A program made the translations under genes and the position numbers. Positions 35,136-48,291 of a stretch of DNA of 64,000 nucleotides are shown in pieces (the first letter of the stretch is position 1; each line of letters opens with the position of its first letter). The stretch is from Neoechinorhynchus agilis. Taxonomy: Eukaryota; Animalia; Acanthocephala. The notes beneath the pieces were generated by a model that had not been told where the DNA came from, searched no databases, and saw nothing but the letters and a program-made list of their open reading frames with translations. The DNA lies in the NCBI GenBank assembly GCA_051530055.1, contig CM121341.1:4876784-4940783 (forward strand), written 5' to 3'.

Positions 35136-38100
35136 TTACTCAAATAAACTCAAGTGAACATTCCAATTAGAAGTTCGGTTAAACTCAAAGTCACACGGAA
35201 CATTCATTTTCAACAGGATCTCATTATCTATTGGGAAATTGTGATAGATCACGTTAAAGAATTTTAATGGCTTACCTACAAACTCATCATTATGAAAAAA
35301 TGGTTGTCTTGTTCGGAACAAATTCAATGGAATTGCGATCTGTCTCTTCTTAGCTTTTAAGAAATCGAAAAGTAAAACAGGTTTTATGTATAACTTCGGT
35401 ATTTTGACATTTATCAATCTTCCTTGTCGGTTCAAAAGCCCTGATTGAGTTTCAAACCCGGCATTCTGAACATAAAGGTCGACTATTTCAAAATCTAATA
35501 AGTTTCTTTAAGTAGAATTAAGAAATTTAATGACAAAATACGTACATTGTCCATTGTCATCGACGGAATCCATGAATACCAAATCGCATTTGCTATTTCT
35601 ATCTTCAAATTGGGATATTTCTTTAAACTCTTCGGAATCCATATTCAATTCCTTGCTCAATAAATCTCCAAGACTTAATTTTTCTGTCAATGATACATTG
35701 TCGTTTATTTCATTTATAGATTTCCACGCTGATTGGTTATTATTGGCATGTTTAATTAATTTAAAACTGTACGCAATGTGTGATTGAGGGACTTGGTGTC
35801 TTAGCCAGTTAAAGAAATCTCGGACATTCAATAGAAATTTCATTTGGAGACACCTTTTATTTTTTCCATTTATTGAATCCAACAAATAATGCGATCGCTG
35901 TTTTAAATGCGAACGAAATTCCGAAATTTCCATGTTGGGAATTTTAAGTGCTCGACTCCATGATGATTCGAATCCGAGAATTTTCTCAATATTGGACTTA
36001 TTCAATGCATCAAAGAGTTGTTTTCTGATAACGCTAAGTACGCCGTTGAACACTAGAAGTTCTTTAAAAAACAATTGTCGAATTCCTTTAACGTCCATAG
36101 TATTCGATTCCATTCCTTTTACGATTTCTGACTGATGTACGATTATTGAATCAATGTCCAGAAGCAGCTGATTCATATCGATTTCGGCGTTACGTCCAAT
36201 TTTAGAAATTGTCTCCGCATTTTGAAATCGATGCGACTAAAGATACGAATGATGGTGTTGAAATGTTCATTGAAGACTCGGTGAAAAAAAGTAAAAATTT
36301 ACGACGCTCGCTCTTTTCTGATTTTTTAAATAGTAATATAAATTTACCATTAGCTGTCTCATGTTTTTTCGGTAAAGTACACATTTCTTGAAGTTCAGCT
36401 CGTTCTTATGATTAGCGGGTAAATCTATAAGAAGATTTTCAACCGATTTACTTTCAGCCATCACTATCAACTTCAATAATAGCGTCCTTATCACATTTTG
36501 AACCTCACTTCTCTGTAAGCAATTTACGAATTTCATTAAATTCTCTTCTAGTTTGGATAAAAGAAATTTGTCTTGAACATCATGCATGTTCGACAATATT
36601 GCCTTAAAGTGAATTTCAGAATAATTAAGATCGAACCATTGAGAATGAAGTAAATTATCCAAATAGCGTATATTTAAGTATAGCGCAAAATAAAGCATTT
36701 TTCGTTTGCTATCATTGGTCTAAATTTTCTATATTATTTCCAGAGACAAAAAAACAACAACTTTAAATACATGCGAAGTAATCATTTGGTGAATGTTCTT
36801 CTCAATAGCATCCATAATGAGAAATTCTTCGTTTTGATCATCTTCGAATCTTTTGGGAATTTTGTTTAATGCACTCAAATAAGGTTCGACGTCTTTGAAC
36901 AATACTATGATTTTTATTGGATCAGGAAAGGATAAGGCAGTTATAAGAATCATCTGGAAAGATATTTGAGCTGAAGACTTTTGGATTTACGAACTAACTT
37001 TTTCCAGTAATCGGACTATTGAACACATAAATTCCGTTTTACTAACATATATTTCAATTCTGTAATTTCTTAAGAAACAAAAATTCAGTACACTTGCGAT
37101 CCAAAGCATTGGCTTTTTTCGCATAGTATTCAGCATTGTCCATTCATCTTGAATTATTAAGAACTTAATTTCCCCCTTTCGTTTACTTTTGGTTAATTCA
37201 TTACAACTCGTTTGTAATTCTTTTAAATCTTCATTGGTCCCCAACCGAAATCGCACGAGTTTTCTCCCATGCAAATCTTCAGAAATAATTCGTTTATCTG
37301 GCGTTCTCAAGCTACTTCGAACTACGAGCAATAGGTTGTTTCTAGGCACTGAGTAATCTTTAAGACATCTTTGAAGATGATCTGGCGTTTTAAAAAATTT
37401 GTTTAAGCAAAAAGAAATATTTTCATGTAATTGAGATGGCCTTGATTTCTGTAGGTTAAGAAGCATCTCCAATATATGCATGTGTTCGAATTCTTCATCA
37501 ATAGCCATTTCAATGCGCTCTGGCGCGCTTGATTGCTCTGATAATATCGAAAGGTAGTAATTCCAATTGTTCACTTTCGAATTCGATTGATCATTTCCAT
37601 CCGACGAAAAATCACTGAGAATATAATTTAAAATACTATCATAATCGCCTCCATCGTATGTAAGGATCTTCATCATGAGAGCAAATCCAAACGGTACCTG
37701 AGAACCAAAACCTATTTTAAGAAATTATTGATATTTTGTACTGACCTTGTGATCGATTGTCAATTCTTGAGATATTTCTCTGTAAACTGAAATTGTCAGA
37801 AATAGTTTATAGCTATCAAAATCGCCTTTAATCTGATTAGAATATTTTACTATTTCTAATGCATGCCAGTGAATTTGAAGAAAACGTGATAGCGTGAAAT
37901 AAAGATATGGAAATAGTTCTCTTGTTTTTTCTATAAGTTCATAAAGTTCGATTCCGAATCCTATAATTTCGTCGAATTTGTTGTCATTTCTTGACGCTGA
38001 GACAAAATCGAGTACATTCTGGTTAAGATTATTAAGACGCCATTTAACAATGATTTAACCGACCTCAACGTTAGTTCTGTAATTGTCAATTATATTTTGC

Positions 38101-38681
38101 AAATTTTCAACTACTGATAAGCATGCGCTCATTTGAGAAAGATCATAGTCCATCACTAAAGCTACAATCTCTTGAATATAACGATCTCGATCCCTATTTC
38201 AAAGGATAGTTTTCCAAAAAAAATAAAAACTTCTTTACGTTTGAATATTTTTCAACACTAAATCCATCATCGCATTTTCGTCTACAGAATTTCTTTTAAA
38301 TACAGACAAGGCTTTTGTTTTTAGTAATGCTCTCAGACATTCCTTATTTAATCCATAATTTAGAATCGAGCAATAGTTTTTTATTTTTGACGGAAAATGT
38401 GGATTCCTTGTGGATATTAAGAATATTAACTTTGGATAGACTTTTATGTCAGTCCATGGATCGACTTTAGTTTCCTTAAACATTTCTATAAGATTAAAAA
38501 CGAGATCGATTGTCGTATTAGCCTCAAGAGCAATAATTATCTTAAAGTAAGATAAAAGATAAGAATTTTAAAAATGAGTCAAAAAATACCTGATCATGTG
38601 TCGCCATAAGTGAACCAATGTGAGAGCAGCTTAAGTCATCAAATTCAGACAAACTCAATGCATTAGAATATTGGCAATGGA
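35136..38681 (-). pseudogene. 3' portion (AAA5 to C-terminal domain) of a highly divergent dynein heavy chain, 5'-truncated by the duplication junction
   Basis: LIFLISTRNPHFPSKIKNYCSILNYGLNKECLRALL (AAA5 region), LFFKELLVFNGVLSVIRKQL, LKQRSHYL..FLLNVRDFF and IPKLYIKPV..IPLNLFRTR (C-terminal domain). Short GT-AG introns. Confidence 0.7.
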
Positions 38682-38822
38682 GACTTTTCTGAAGACAATT
38701 TTGAAAACGTTTGCTATGATCGTTGGACTATTAAAGGATCGACATCGCGAGTGATGGTCTTTGAAGCGAGTACAGTTGAGAATCGTCTAGTGAAGTCTTT
38801 GGAAAAGTCTATAAAGAAATGA
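38682..38822 (+). pseudogene. BCCIP: Orphaned 3' fragment of BCCIP
   Basis: Copy of 10891-11031 without the 5' part. Confidence 0.8.
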
Positions 38823-39929
38823 TTAAAATGTAACAATCAATGAATCGATGAAATAAATTGAAATTTCTCTTTTTATGAGTTTAGATGTAAAAAGCGCGTT
38901 TGTTATAAACTCATTCTAAGAAAAAAATATATTAACGCTGATTAATTGCCGTTAACCGATATCCTGATTCCTCCCGCAAATGTAGAAAAAGAGTGATTTA
39001 TTGACGTTCTTTGGAGAATTTAAAGCTTGAATTAAATGAATTAACAAACTTTTTAAGCATTATTTCTGCTTTAGGCCAAAAAAATCAAAAGAATGCCGTT
39101 ATTTTTAGTGGTTTAAATTCAGAATTAATAAGTATTTTAGTATATTGTTTATTTGATACAACAGACAAGAAAACACAATCGGAATTCATTTAAAAGTCAA
39201 AAAATTATTTGAACCTGAATTTTGCGGCTTTATCTTCGATGCGGTTTTCTTATATCATAAAACAAAGCATAAAACGATTTTTAATTCTTTACGAATGACT
39301 CTTAAAAGTTTTTTAGGACAAAGATTTTTTAGAAGAGTATCATATAAAATTGATTTTTAATACCTTTCATCGAATATATTGATTTCCTTCACAGCATCGA
39401 GCACACAATAAACGCAATAAAATAATTAAGAAAGTTTATCGTTGAAAATGGCAGCTCAAATCGATTCGTGATTTTGTGGAGACAGAAAGAGCGATAAAAA
39501 CGCGATTAAGAAAAGAACACTTCGAAAAGTTTTATTTACTTGTTCTCATTTCCTTCGTTCACTTTTATAATCTTAACGAAGGTCCGGCGCACCTATTGAA
39601 CGAGGCCGTTGATAAACACAAAATTAAATACTGATTTTATTCATTAATAGATTAATAAGAGTCATTGTTTCAATGTCAAAAAAGTTAGAACGCTGATTAA
39701 TCAGTGGATCTACGGCGATCTGCCAAGAAACCAAGCTTGGTAAGCTCATTTTAAGTCAACAAAACAAAAAAACGCTAACAAAATGGTATCCAAAACATCA
39801 ACCTCGATGCTGATAAATATTTGTCCATTTATTTACCATTGTTTGTTCATGGCGATTTACGGATAAAGCGGAACGATTCGAACTTGTTCAATGTGAACTC
39901 TCTCTTGGTGTTGTTCTGACCTCGATCAA

Positions 39930-40400
39930 ATGCATTCCTCTGCAGAAATAGTGAACGGCGCAATCAGTGAATGGGACCACGCAAGTTATGCGGATTTAAT
40001 AGAAGCAGCGCTCGAGCACAGTTTGACCGGCAGATTGCGGGTCAATGAAATCTACGAATGGATTCAGGACAATATCCCATATTTCCAACAAAGAACAGAT
40101 AGCAAGTCGTGGAAAGGATCGATCAGGAATACACTGTCTTATTGTCAAAGATTCAGGAAAATTCCGGTTCGAGGAAGACCGAGGAAATCGTTTTGGGCGA
40201 TCAATGATAACAGGACGAGTGGTCGACTGTGGCGACCAAAAGGACGACAACAAATTGTCGAGGAATCAAGGATTCAGCGTCCTCATCTGAATGGAAATGC
40301 ATCTCAAATACTTCAGCAGGACAATTCAAGAATCTGCGAACAGGAGAACTTAGCGGTTTCCGATCAAGTGATGCCAAACGGCCACCGAGAATCAGAGTGA
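39930..40400 (+). CDS. FoxO-like paralogue 1, unit 2 copy
   Basis: Translation identical to 12139-12609. Confidence 0.88.
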   Translation: MHSSAEIVNGAISEWDHASYADLIEAALEHSLTGRLRVNEIYEWIQDNIPYFQQRTDSKSWKGSIRNTLSYCQRFRKIPVRGRPRKSFWAINDNRTSGRLWRPKGRQQIVEESRIQRPHLNGNASQILQQDNSRICEQENLAVSDQVMPNGHRESE

Positions 40401-40941
40401 GTTTCCGTTGATCGGAAATGGTGATCTCAATACTTAAATAAGACGGATAGATGGAAGCCATCAGGGAGTTCAAGTTGAGGATCAAGACGTCTTTTTTTAA
40501 TAAAGAAGGTGTCTATAATTTCTAATACAATTTCATTGAAAAACAAACTTGCCTTTGGGACTAAATTTTCTTAGTAGATCGGCAAATCATTCGCAAAAAC
40601 AGAATCTATTGTTTCGTACTAAAATTAATTGCTTTAAATAAAATTAAAAAACAATTTTACGAAGAATTTCCTTCAGGAACATGACGATGATCTTCAGTTT
40701 AATCGCCATCTCTAATCGATATCAGGCATTTTCTTTTAATAAAAGTTGCATTCGTAAAGCGTTAAGAATTTGTATTAAGTACAAAAGAAGAAATTATTAA
40801 GACGTTATTTACCGAAGTTTTAATCGAGTTCATGTTTTTTATTGTTCTTTAAGGTCTTTTTTTCTAAAGAAAGAAGTTTTTCTGTGTTTAGAGAGTAGAT
40901 CTTTTATTATTTATACTGGTTTTGTACTTTCACGATCATCC

Positions 40942-41051
40942 TGCGACAAAATATCTCGCTCGCAGTACAACGAGGCGATGCCGCTGGCGTGATAGCGACA
41001 GCCGAGGAAGGAGAGAAGCTAAGATTTTACGAACGGTGGTGATTGTACGTT
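40942..41051 (+). mobile_element. CRE-like 3' fragment, unit 2 copy
   Basis: Copy of 13151-13260. Confidence 0.85.
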
Positions 41052-41510
41052 CTGAAATAACATTTTTGTCCTAAGCTACGTGAATCCTTCGAATTTTTAA
41101 TCTTAACTCGCAATGGCAAATTTAGATTCAATCATCGCTACGTAGTTTTTGTATCTTAATAAAAATAAAATCTTCACATTTTTCTGCTGTTTCACAGGTC
41201 GTTTTTAATAAATAATGAAATAAACAGAAAATCGTTTTTCATACACTTTCAAACATTCCATTCCAGATCTTTTGCTGATATTATGATTTGAATATTTAAA
41301 AAGATGTGGACGGATTCAGGGGTGCAATAAAGCATCAAACGAAGGAATTTTAGACCTTTAGAACAATCTCCTTTTTTATGAATTAGTATCGACGTTTTTT
41401 TCCGCAACGTTAATGAAAATATATTTCTGAGCGATCTCAAGAACAATTTCACCGATCAAAGGAATTTAAAGAAATTTTGAATAAATAAGAAAACATTATT
41501 TTAAAGACGC

Positions 41511-43891
41511 AGTACAGAAAGATCAAGTGTCTAAATAATTTTTTCAAAATATTTTACCTTTTGCCTTTGTGTCGATGGATTTTGATGAGGAAACTCCAGA
41601 ATATGTAAAACTTCCTCTACTGTAGTTTCCTTCCATGGAGTGCCCTGAGGAATTTTACTGGGTCCCCTTCCATGATGGCCTTTAGCTTTATGCCGTTCAC
41701 CTTTATTTTAGATTCGCCGTCCACCATGAGCCTCGAGATTTTATAACTATGATGGTATGTCTGACACTTATTAGGGCTCAAGAAAAGCTTGCATTCTTTG
41801 AGCTTAGTCTGAAGAGTGTCTATCATTGCTTGGAGGTCCGGACAATTGTCAGCCAATAATAGCACGTAATCTGCATACAACAGATGCGACAAGCGATGAT
41901 TTTTCTTTAGCTGGCACCCCGTATCAAGTTTCCGGACTTCATACAGTGCCTCGTCTACACACAGCGCGAAAAGCAAAAGAGAGAGGGGATCTCCTTGCTT
42001 TACTCCTCTCAGGAAATTAATGGTTTCTGAAGATCTGGCGTTTGATATACGGATCCTCGTAGTATTTCCTCGGTATGTGCTGATCACGTATCTTTACAGA
42101 TACTCAGGGCATCAATTTCTGCGAAGTGCTTCCTTTACAGCATTGTGCGAAACAATATCGAAAGCACTCTTGATGTCAAGGACAGCAACTGCAAGAGGTT
42201 GCTTGTTTTTCCGCTTTTCTCTTACTACACTACGAGGAGTGAGAAGATTAGCCAAAGAGGCCGATCGGTCAAACGCCGTTTGTCCTTCGTCCAGACAGAA
42301 CACTCTACGAAGCCGCCGCAATAAAACGGAAGAGATCGTTATTGGTCCCCAATCCGCCTGAGTTCGCAGCTTATCAGGTGACGATCTTGATTTGGGCAAC
42401 GGGATTGTTTTAGACTCGCTCCACGATTGTGGGGGCCTCCGTATTGCATGACGAAGTTGAAGAGCAACGTCATGCCCAGAAGTAACGAATCGAATGATCG
42501 AACATCTTGAACCGTTATCTTATCCGGACTCGGTGAGCTCGAAGTTTCGAAACTTTTAACTTCAACTTCCACCGTTGGGATTACCGGCCACCGCATTTGA
42601 AGCGATTGCTTTTGATCTGCAACACTACTTTCTTGCAAACTCTCAGTTTCAGCGTTCCCTTCGTATAAACGACAATAGTGATCAACTGTTTCTTGATGAC
42701 TCAGTAGACACTCTCTTCGCTCAGTACTTTTATATACTTCAGCTGCCTAATTTGAAGTGTTTGCGTAGTACAGAGCTCGATTGTGTCTCGTCTTGAGTAG
42801 ACGGTCTTGGAACTTCGTAATCCCGCGACACCCAACACACGGATATGTGGCTGTTTCGTCCGTCCACACGTTGTACGCGTGAGTTCCAATCCCAGGGCAA
42901 AAAATACGACGAACTTCTCTTTCATATGGCGAATGAACGGTAAAGTCACAAGAATATGCGGCAGTGAACAAGACAAACACTGGAGATACTAAACTGTTCT
43001 TAAGAACTCCATCAAGGTGAACATCTTAAGAAACATTAGCACCCGAGACGCTTTGGGCAACTTGCTCATTGTACTCCTTTGTGTGTTGAACCTCCATTGT
43101 TATTTTCGTCACTACATTTTTCCACAATGAAGGATTGGTCATCACGTGGTAAGAGCCTGTCTCGGACCTTTCTTCAACTTGATGATTTTAAACCGAAGCT
43201 GTCGCAGCCGGGAAACTTCCGGCACCTCAACACTACTGCCACACCGAAGATACTGTGCCTATCGCGTGGCAGCAGCGTCAACAAAGTTCCCATTAATGGA
43301 TCCATCCAATCGACGGAGGATTTCTCTCTCAGTCTCAAGAAAACTCCTGCACCTTGAATAGGGGCCAGTACTCTCTCATACGTCTCGACCACTGTAAAAA
43401 CAGTCGACTCGATTGAGCAGTTTGCCTTTGTTGTGTCCCCTTAACACTGGCGTAACGACTGTGGCATATGCTTTACACGGAAGAACTGGCTTTGAACTTC
43501 CATGTCACCCACGAGAGTTGGTGAACAGACAGAAGATGGGATTTCTTCTGGTAGGACTTCCGAAGGTTCGCGCTCCTCCTCGACAGCTTAATGACCGATT
43601 GCTCAATTGATGGATTTGTTATTTCCTTTCTTTTCTTTAAATACATGGATACAGCGGCCTCCCATCGACGCTTGCAAGCATTCATACGACTACGCAATGA
43701 ATCGTAGTTTTCCGACTTATATGCCGGACACCGAAACAACACCGAGGTTGTTCCATGATCGAGCATAAAGTGTTCTTTCAATATTTTGGTCCGATTACTT
43801 CCGTGGAACGTGGCGTTACATTCTGGGCATTCCACTGGTCCCTCTGCTTCTGAGCTTGCTGTTATTAAGCCACCTTTTGCCTGCTAAAAGG
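41511..43891 (-). mobile_element. Decayed R2 element, unit 2 copy
   Basis: Copy of 13720-16100. Confidence 0.9.
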
Positions 43892-45481
43892 AAGTCATAG
43901 TTACGTCCGCCGTTTACCCGCGGTTAAATGAGTTTCTTCACTTTAACATTCAGAGCACTGGGCAGAAATCACAGTGCATCAACACCAATTACAGCCTTCG
44001 CAATGCTTTGTTTTAATTAAACAGTTTTATTCCCCTTGTCCATACCAGTTCTAGGCCAGCATTTTAACGTTGATCGGATCCTCGCGCTTAAAAAGTGAGT
44101 GTGTCCATTTGGAAACGAAGAAAAAACGCGGAGCATAGCTTTCGCTGCCCACCGAACGCAGCGCCATGCTCCGTCCTCGAAATCGACACTATCGCAAGAG
44201 CAAACAAATGAGACAGATCCAAGAGTCGGCAACATACCGCTTCTCGTGATAGCCCGGTCAACTTAGTTTATAGAGCCAATCCTTTTTCCGAAGTTGCGGA
44301 TCTAATTTACCTACGTCCGTTTCCTACGTTTCCCTATCGACTAGGGGCTACTTACGTTGGCGAACTACTGCGGAAATCAATACGAACAGTCTGAATATTC
44401 TCGCACCCAGATTTTCAAGGACAATACGAAGCGCTCGGTACATCGCAGGAATCGCGCTGCATTACGGAACGTGTACCCTATCAACAGACGATCTAATTCC
44501 AGGGATAAAAAGTTCCTAACAAAGAAGAGAAAACTCTTCCCCAGACTTCGTATAGTTATTCTCTGGGATTGCTCGTGTCACCACTTATGCTGAACACCAT
44601 CTGCCCAAGAATAACATCTGAATAGATCAAGCATAAACCGCATCCTGGCTCGGGAATATTAACCCGATTCCCTTTCGATTGTATTGCGCAATGCAACACG
44701 CTTAATCACGAATTTGCACGTTTTCTTAGGATCGGCTGATCCATGTCAAAATGTTGTTCACATGGAACCTTTCTCCACTTCAGTCTTCAATGCTCTCATT
44801 TAAATACTTGCTACTACCACCAAGATCTTCACAAGCGGCGGCTCCACCTCACGGTGCAAGTTTCAACACCACCACCGCATACGCCCTTCTAAACGTCAAG
44901 CCATTTGTATATTTCTGTCCGGCATTGAAGGTCAAGCATCGATATACGTCTCCAGCGCCATCCATTTTCAGGGCCGGTCGATTCAGCAGGTGAGTTTTTA
45001 CACATTCCTTGCGGATTCCTACTTCTGCGGCCACCGCCCTGCTGTCAATATCGACTGACACCTTTCATGGTATCTCATGAGATGCACTGTTGGCACTTCA
45101 GCTCAACGTTTGGTTCATCCCACATCGTCAGTTCTGCTCATGGAAAACGACCTACTTGATGCCATTGCATTTGCACCCGACACTCAGCAGCAGCATAAGC
45201 AACTGTTAAGGCGTGACCGAGCTTATTACTCATTTAAAGTTTAAGAATATGTCGAGGACAATTCGTCCACAATTCCGCTAATCATTCGCTTTACTAGATA
45301 AAACTGTATTATGCAAACTGGCTTTTCTGGGGGAAACTTCGAAGGGAAACAGCTAAAAGATGGTTCGATTAGTCTTTCGCCCCTATACCCAAATCTGACG
45401 ATTGATTTACACGTCAAAAACGCTACGGACCTCCACAGAGTTTCATCCTACTCAGGCATAGTTCACCATCTCTCGGGTCCC
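43892..45481 (-). rRNA. 28S rRNA: 28S rDNA fragment, unit 2 copy
   Basis: Copy of 16101-17690. Confidence 0.93.
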
Positions 45482-45781
45482 GTTTCTTAGAGGAGCTATG
45501 AAATGGACGGCGATGAATTCTAGATTGGGGTTTTGTAGAGAGCCTGTGAGAGATGAAGAATATCGTGGCGATTGCCGTACGAAAATTGAGATCCCTGATT
45601 CATGGACGGTCCTCGCGGTCTGAATGGAATGAAGAGTGCCCGAGAAGGATGGCTGAATGGTTGTTGTTGACTGGGGAGCTGAGCCGTGTTTCTGTTAAGA
45701 TGACTACGTCGACTTTTGATTTAGATGAAATGAGTGAAATTTAATTTAATTTAAGGAAGGAGGCTACGAATATTGGAGTGT
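45482..45781 (-). mobile_element. APE endonuclease fragment, unit 2 copy
   Basis: Copy of 17691-17990. Confidence 0.7.
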
Positions 45782-46276
45782 TTATTTGTGTGTACATTCA
45801 TTTATTCTCAATAAGAATACACAATCTCTCGCTTCCATGGGCGCATCTAATCTTTATTCTCATCGTGTTCCAATTTTGAGAGGAATGCGTGACCTTGGTT
45901 CTTCTCCGATAAATTTGGCAAGTCTGCCCAGGTCAGTCAACATTTGGCGCCGCATTTGGGCACTATGGTGGGACCGCAGGAATGCGTTCTTGGCGCAATA
46001 TCGGCTCATTAGGACGGTATCGGCAGGCAATCGCCCGGATATAAATGGAGCGAGGTTTCGCCTGTTGACAAGCTTCATTATGAACCCGATAAAGAGTTCT
46101 GTATGGTCCTCGTTAGGTTCGAGATAACAAAAAAAATTAATTTAAAAAAAGATGCAAAAGAGAACACTCATTTGGCTCACAAAAGGTATGTCGGTTATAA
46201 TGAGAGATCTCCATAATAAAAAAACATTCGTAATACCTATCAATTCCGGATATTTCGACGAACTTTTTCTTCAGCA

Positions 46277-46675
46277 ATGCGACTTACAGTAGCAGCTCTA
46301 CTAACATTTATATTTGTGGTTAGCCGAAGTAAACGTCCAGAGCCATGGGACCTCGGCATGTTGACCGGACAAATATTGGGCGAAGGAGAGATTCCACCCT
46401 ACGCAATAGTCAAAATCGAATTGGAAGATGCAAGTTTAGCAAAATCGGTTATAGTAGCACGATCAGCCATCCATACACCGGGCAAATTTCCAATACCTTT
46501 CCGCATTAATTACGACCGAGGGATTATTGAACACAACAAGAGTTTTAGTGTAAGTGTCAGAATCGAAGACCCGAAGCAGAATGATCGCATTCTTTATAAA
46601 AGCGAAATGCCGGTTTACGTTTTGACTAAAGGAAATCCAGCAGACAAGATAGTTGTTCGTTTAGTGAAAACTTGA
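46277..46675 (+). CDS. YbaY/YscW-like protein, unit 2 copy
   Basis: Identical to 18486-18884. Confidence 0.75.
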   Translation: MRLTVAALLTFIFVVSRSKRPEPWDLGMLTGQILGEGEIPPYAIVKIELEDASLAKSVIVARSAIHTPGKFPIPFRINYDRGIIEHNKSFSVSVRIEDPKQNDRILYKSEMPVYVLTKGNPADKIVVRLVKT

Positions 46676-46777
46676 TAATTGTGTCATTTTATTTGTGTTA
46701 GAGTAATTTTAGTTGGTCAATAAAGACAAACTTGCAATCTTTATGTTAAGAAATCTTATTTTCCAGGAAATCGTCGA

Positions 46778-47560
46778 TCAAATCCATCGCTTAGAGCAAA
46801 CGGCACTTGGCAACGAATCAGTGCTGCTTTCACTGTAATCGTCGTAATCATCATCGTTTCGAATTTCTTCTCTTCGATATCGCCGAGGTGATTGTAAAGC
46901 GTCCAACTCATCAGCGACCTGAATAAGCGAATCCATCCTTTGACGATCAAACGTGGCGAAGGATTCATCACTATCGCTCGAATCAATGTCGGGATAACCT
47001 AAACCATCGTCCATAATGTAAGTTCCATTTATCGGACCACCACTGTCTATCTGAGACCTCAATTCCTGAAGAGCCATTGAACTTAAGTCTTCATAGATGT
47101 TTTCAAGACTTGCACTAATTTCAGCGGCTTTATCTAGATCGGCAGGATAGAATCGGTCAGACCGATCGATCTCCAGCGGTTGCTCATCGCCTAAATGACC
47201 AATTGATTTTAGTATTCCTTTATGACTACGTGGCTCACGGGACCGCTTGGTTACAAAATGTTCAAGAAAAGATACATCGCTTTTTGTTCTGCGAGGTGGT
47301 CCAAGGGGAACATGGTCCAAACTGGTACGAACGCTATCACCACCAGAATCTTTCCGCAATTTTCCTTTTTGTATATCTTTAAAAAAATTATAGGAAATAT
47401 CGACCGTTTTAGAAATGAAAAATTGCGCTTATCGATATTTCTGATTAACATCCCCTTCAATGGATGAAACGCTCTCCTTCTGCGGTACAAGTTGGATTTG
47501 GTTGATTTTAATTGCCCTTTAGGATGATTTCCTCTCTTATAGCGGTGGTAAATGTGCACT
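46778..47560 (-). CDS. Hypothetical acidic protein, unit 2 copy
   Basis: Copy of 18987-19769. Confidence 0.5.
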
Positions 47561-48291
47561 GAACAAAAACTCAAAAAGACATTAAAAATAAAAAACGGCA
47601 ACTAAAAACCGAGATCCGAGGTTCCAAGCTCTCATTTTTTCATGTGAAAATCTTGAAACGCTTAGAATTTGCAACAAAGTTGTTGATTTCCCCCCTGAAA
47701 TTTTCGCTTTTTATATACAAAGAATCGAAAAGACATTAAACATAAAAAAACGGCAACCAAAAACCGAGATCCAAAGTTCCAAACTCTCATTTTTTCATGT
47801 GAATTTTTTTAAAACGTTTAAAATTTGCAACAAAGTTGTACTTTTCCCCGCTGGAATTTTCGCTTTTTATACAAAGACTCAAAAAGACAATGAAGATGAA
47901 AAACGGCAACAAAAAGCTGAGATCCGAGGTTCCAAACTCTCATTTTTTTCATGTGAAAATCCTACAAAAAGTCTACGTATTTAATGATTCCACAAATGAT
48001 GAAAATTTTTAGATAGGAAAGTAAGGCATCCATTTTTTCTTAAAGATTAAGATTTCGCCGATGTATACAAAAAATCCACGTAATTGAAGATTCCCAAAAT
48101 GATGAACATTTTTGGATTGGAAAGTAAGACATCCATTTTTTCTTAAAAATTCAAATTTCGCCTATTTATACAAAAAATCGACGTAATTTAAGATTCCGAA
48201 AATGATGACATTTTTTCTTAAAGATTAAAATTTCGCCGATTAATACAAAAATCCACGTTATTAAAGATTCCCAAGATGATGAAAATTCGAA
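47561..48291. repeat. Satellite A+B arrays, unit 2 copy
   Basis: Copy of 19770-20500. Confidence 0.92.

Larger units (their letters stand above)
10891..38681. repeat. Unit 1 of a 27,791-bp head-to-tail segmental duplication
   Basis: gacttttctgaagacaatttt starts at 10891 and at 38682. Every ORF in the track recurs at exactly +27791 with an identical translation. Confidence 0.97.
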
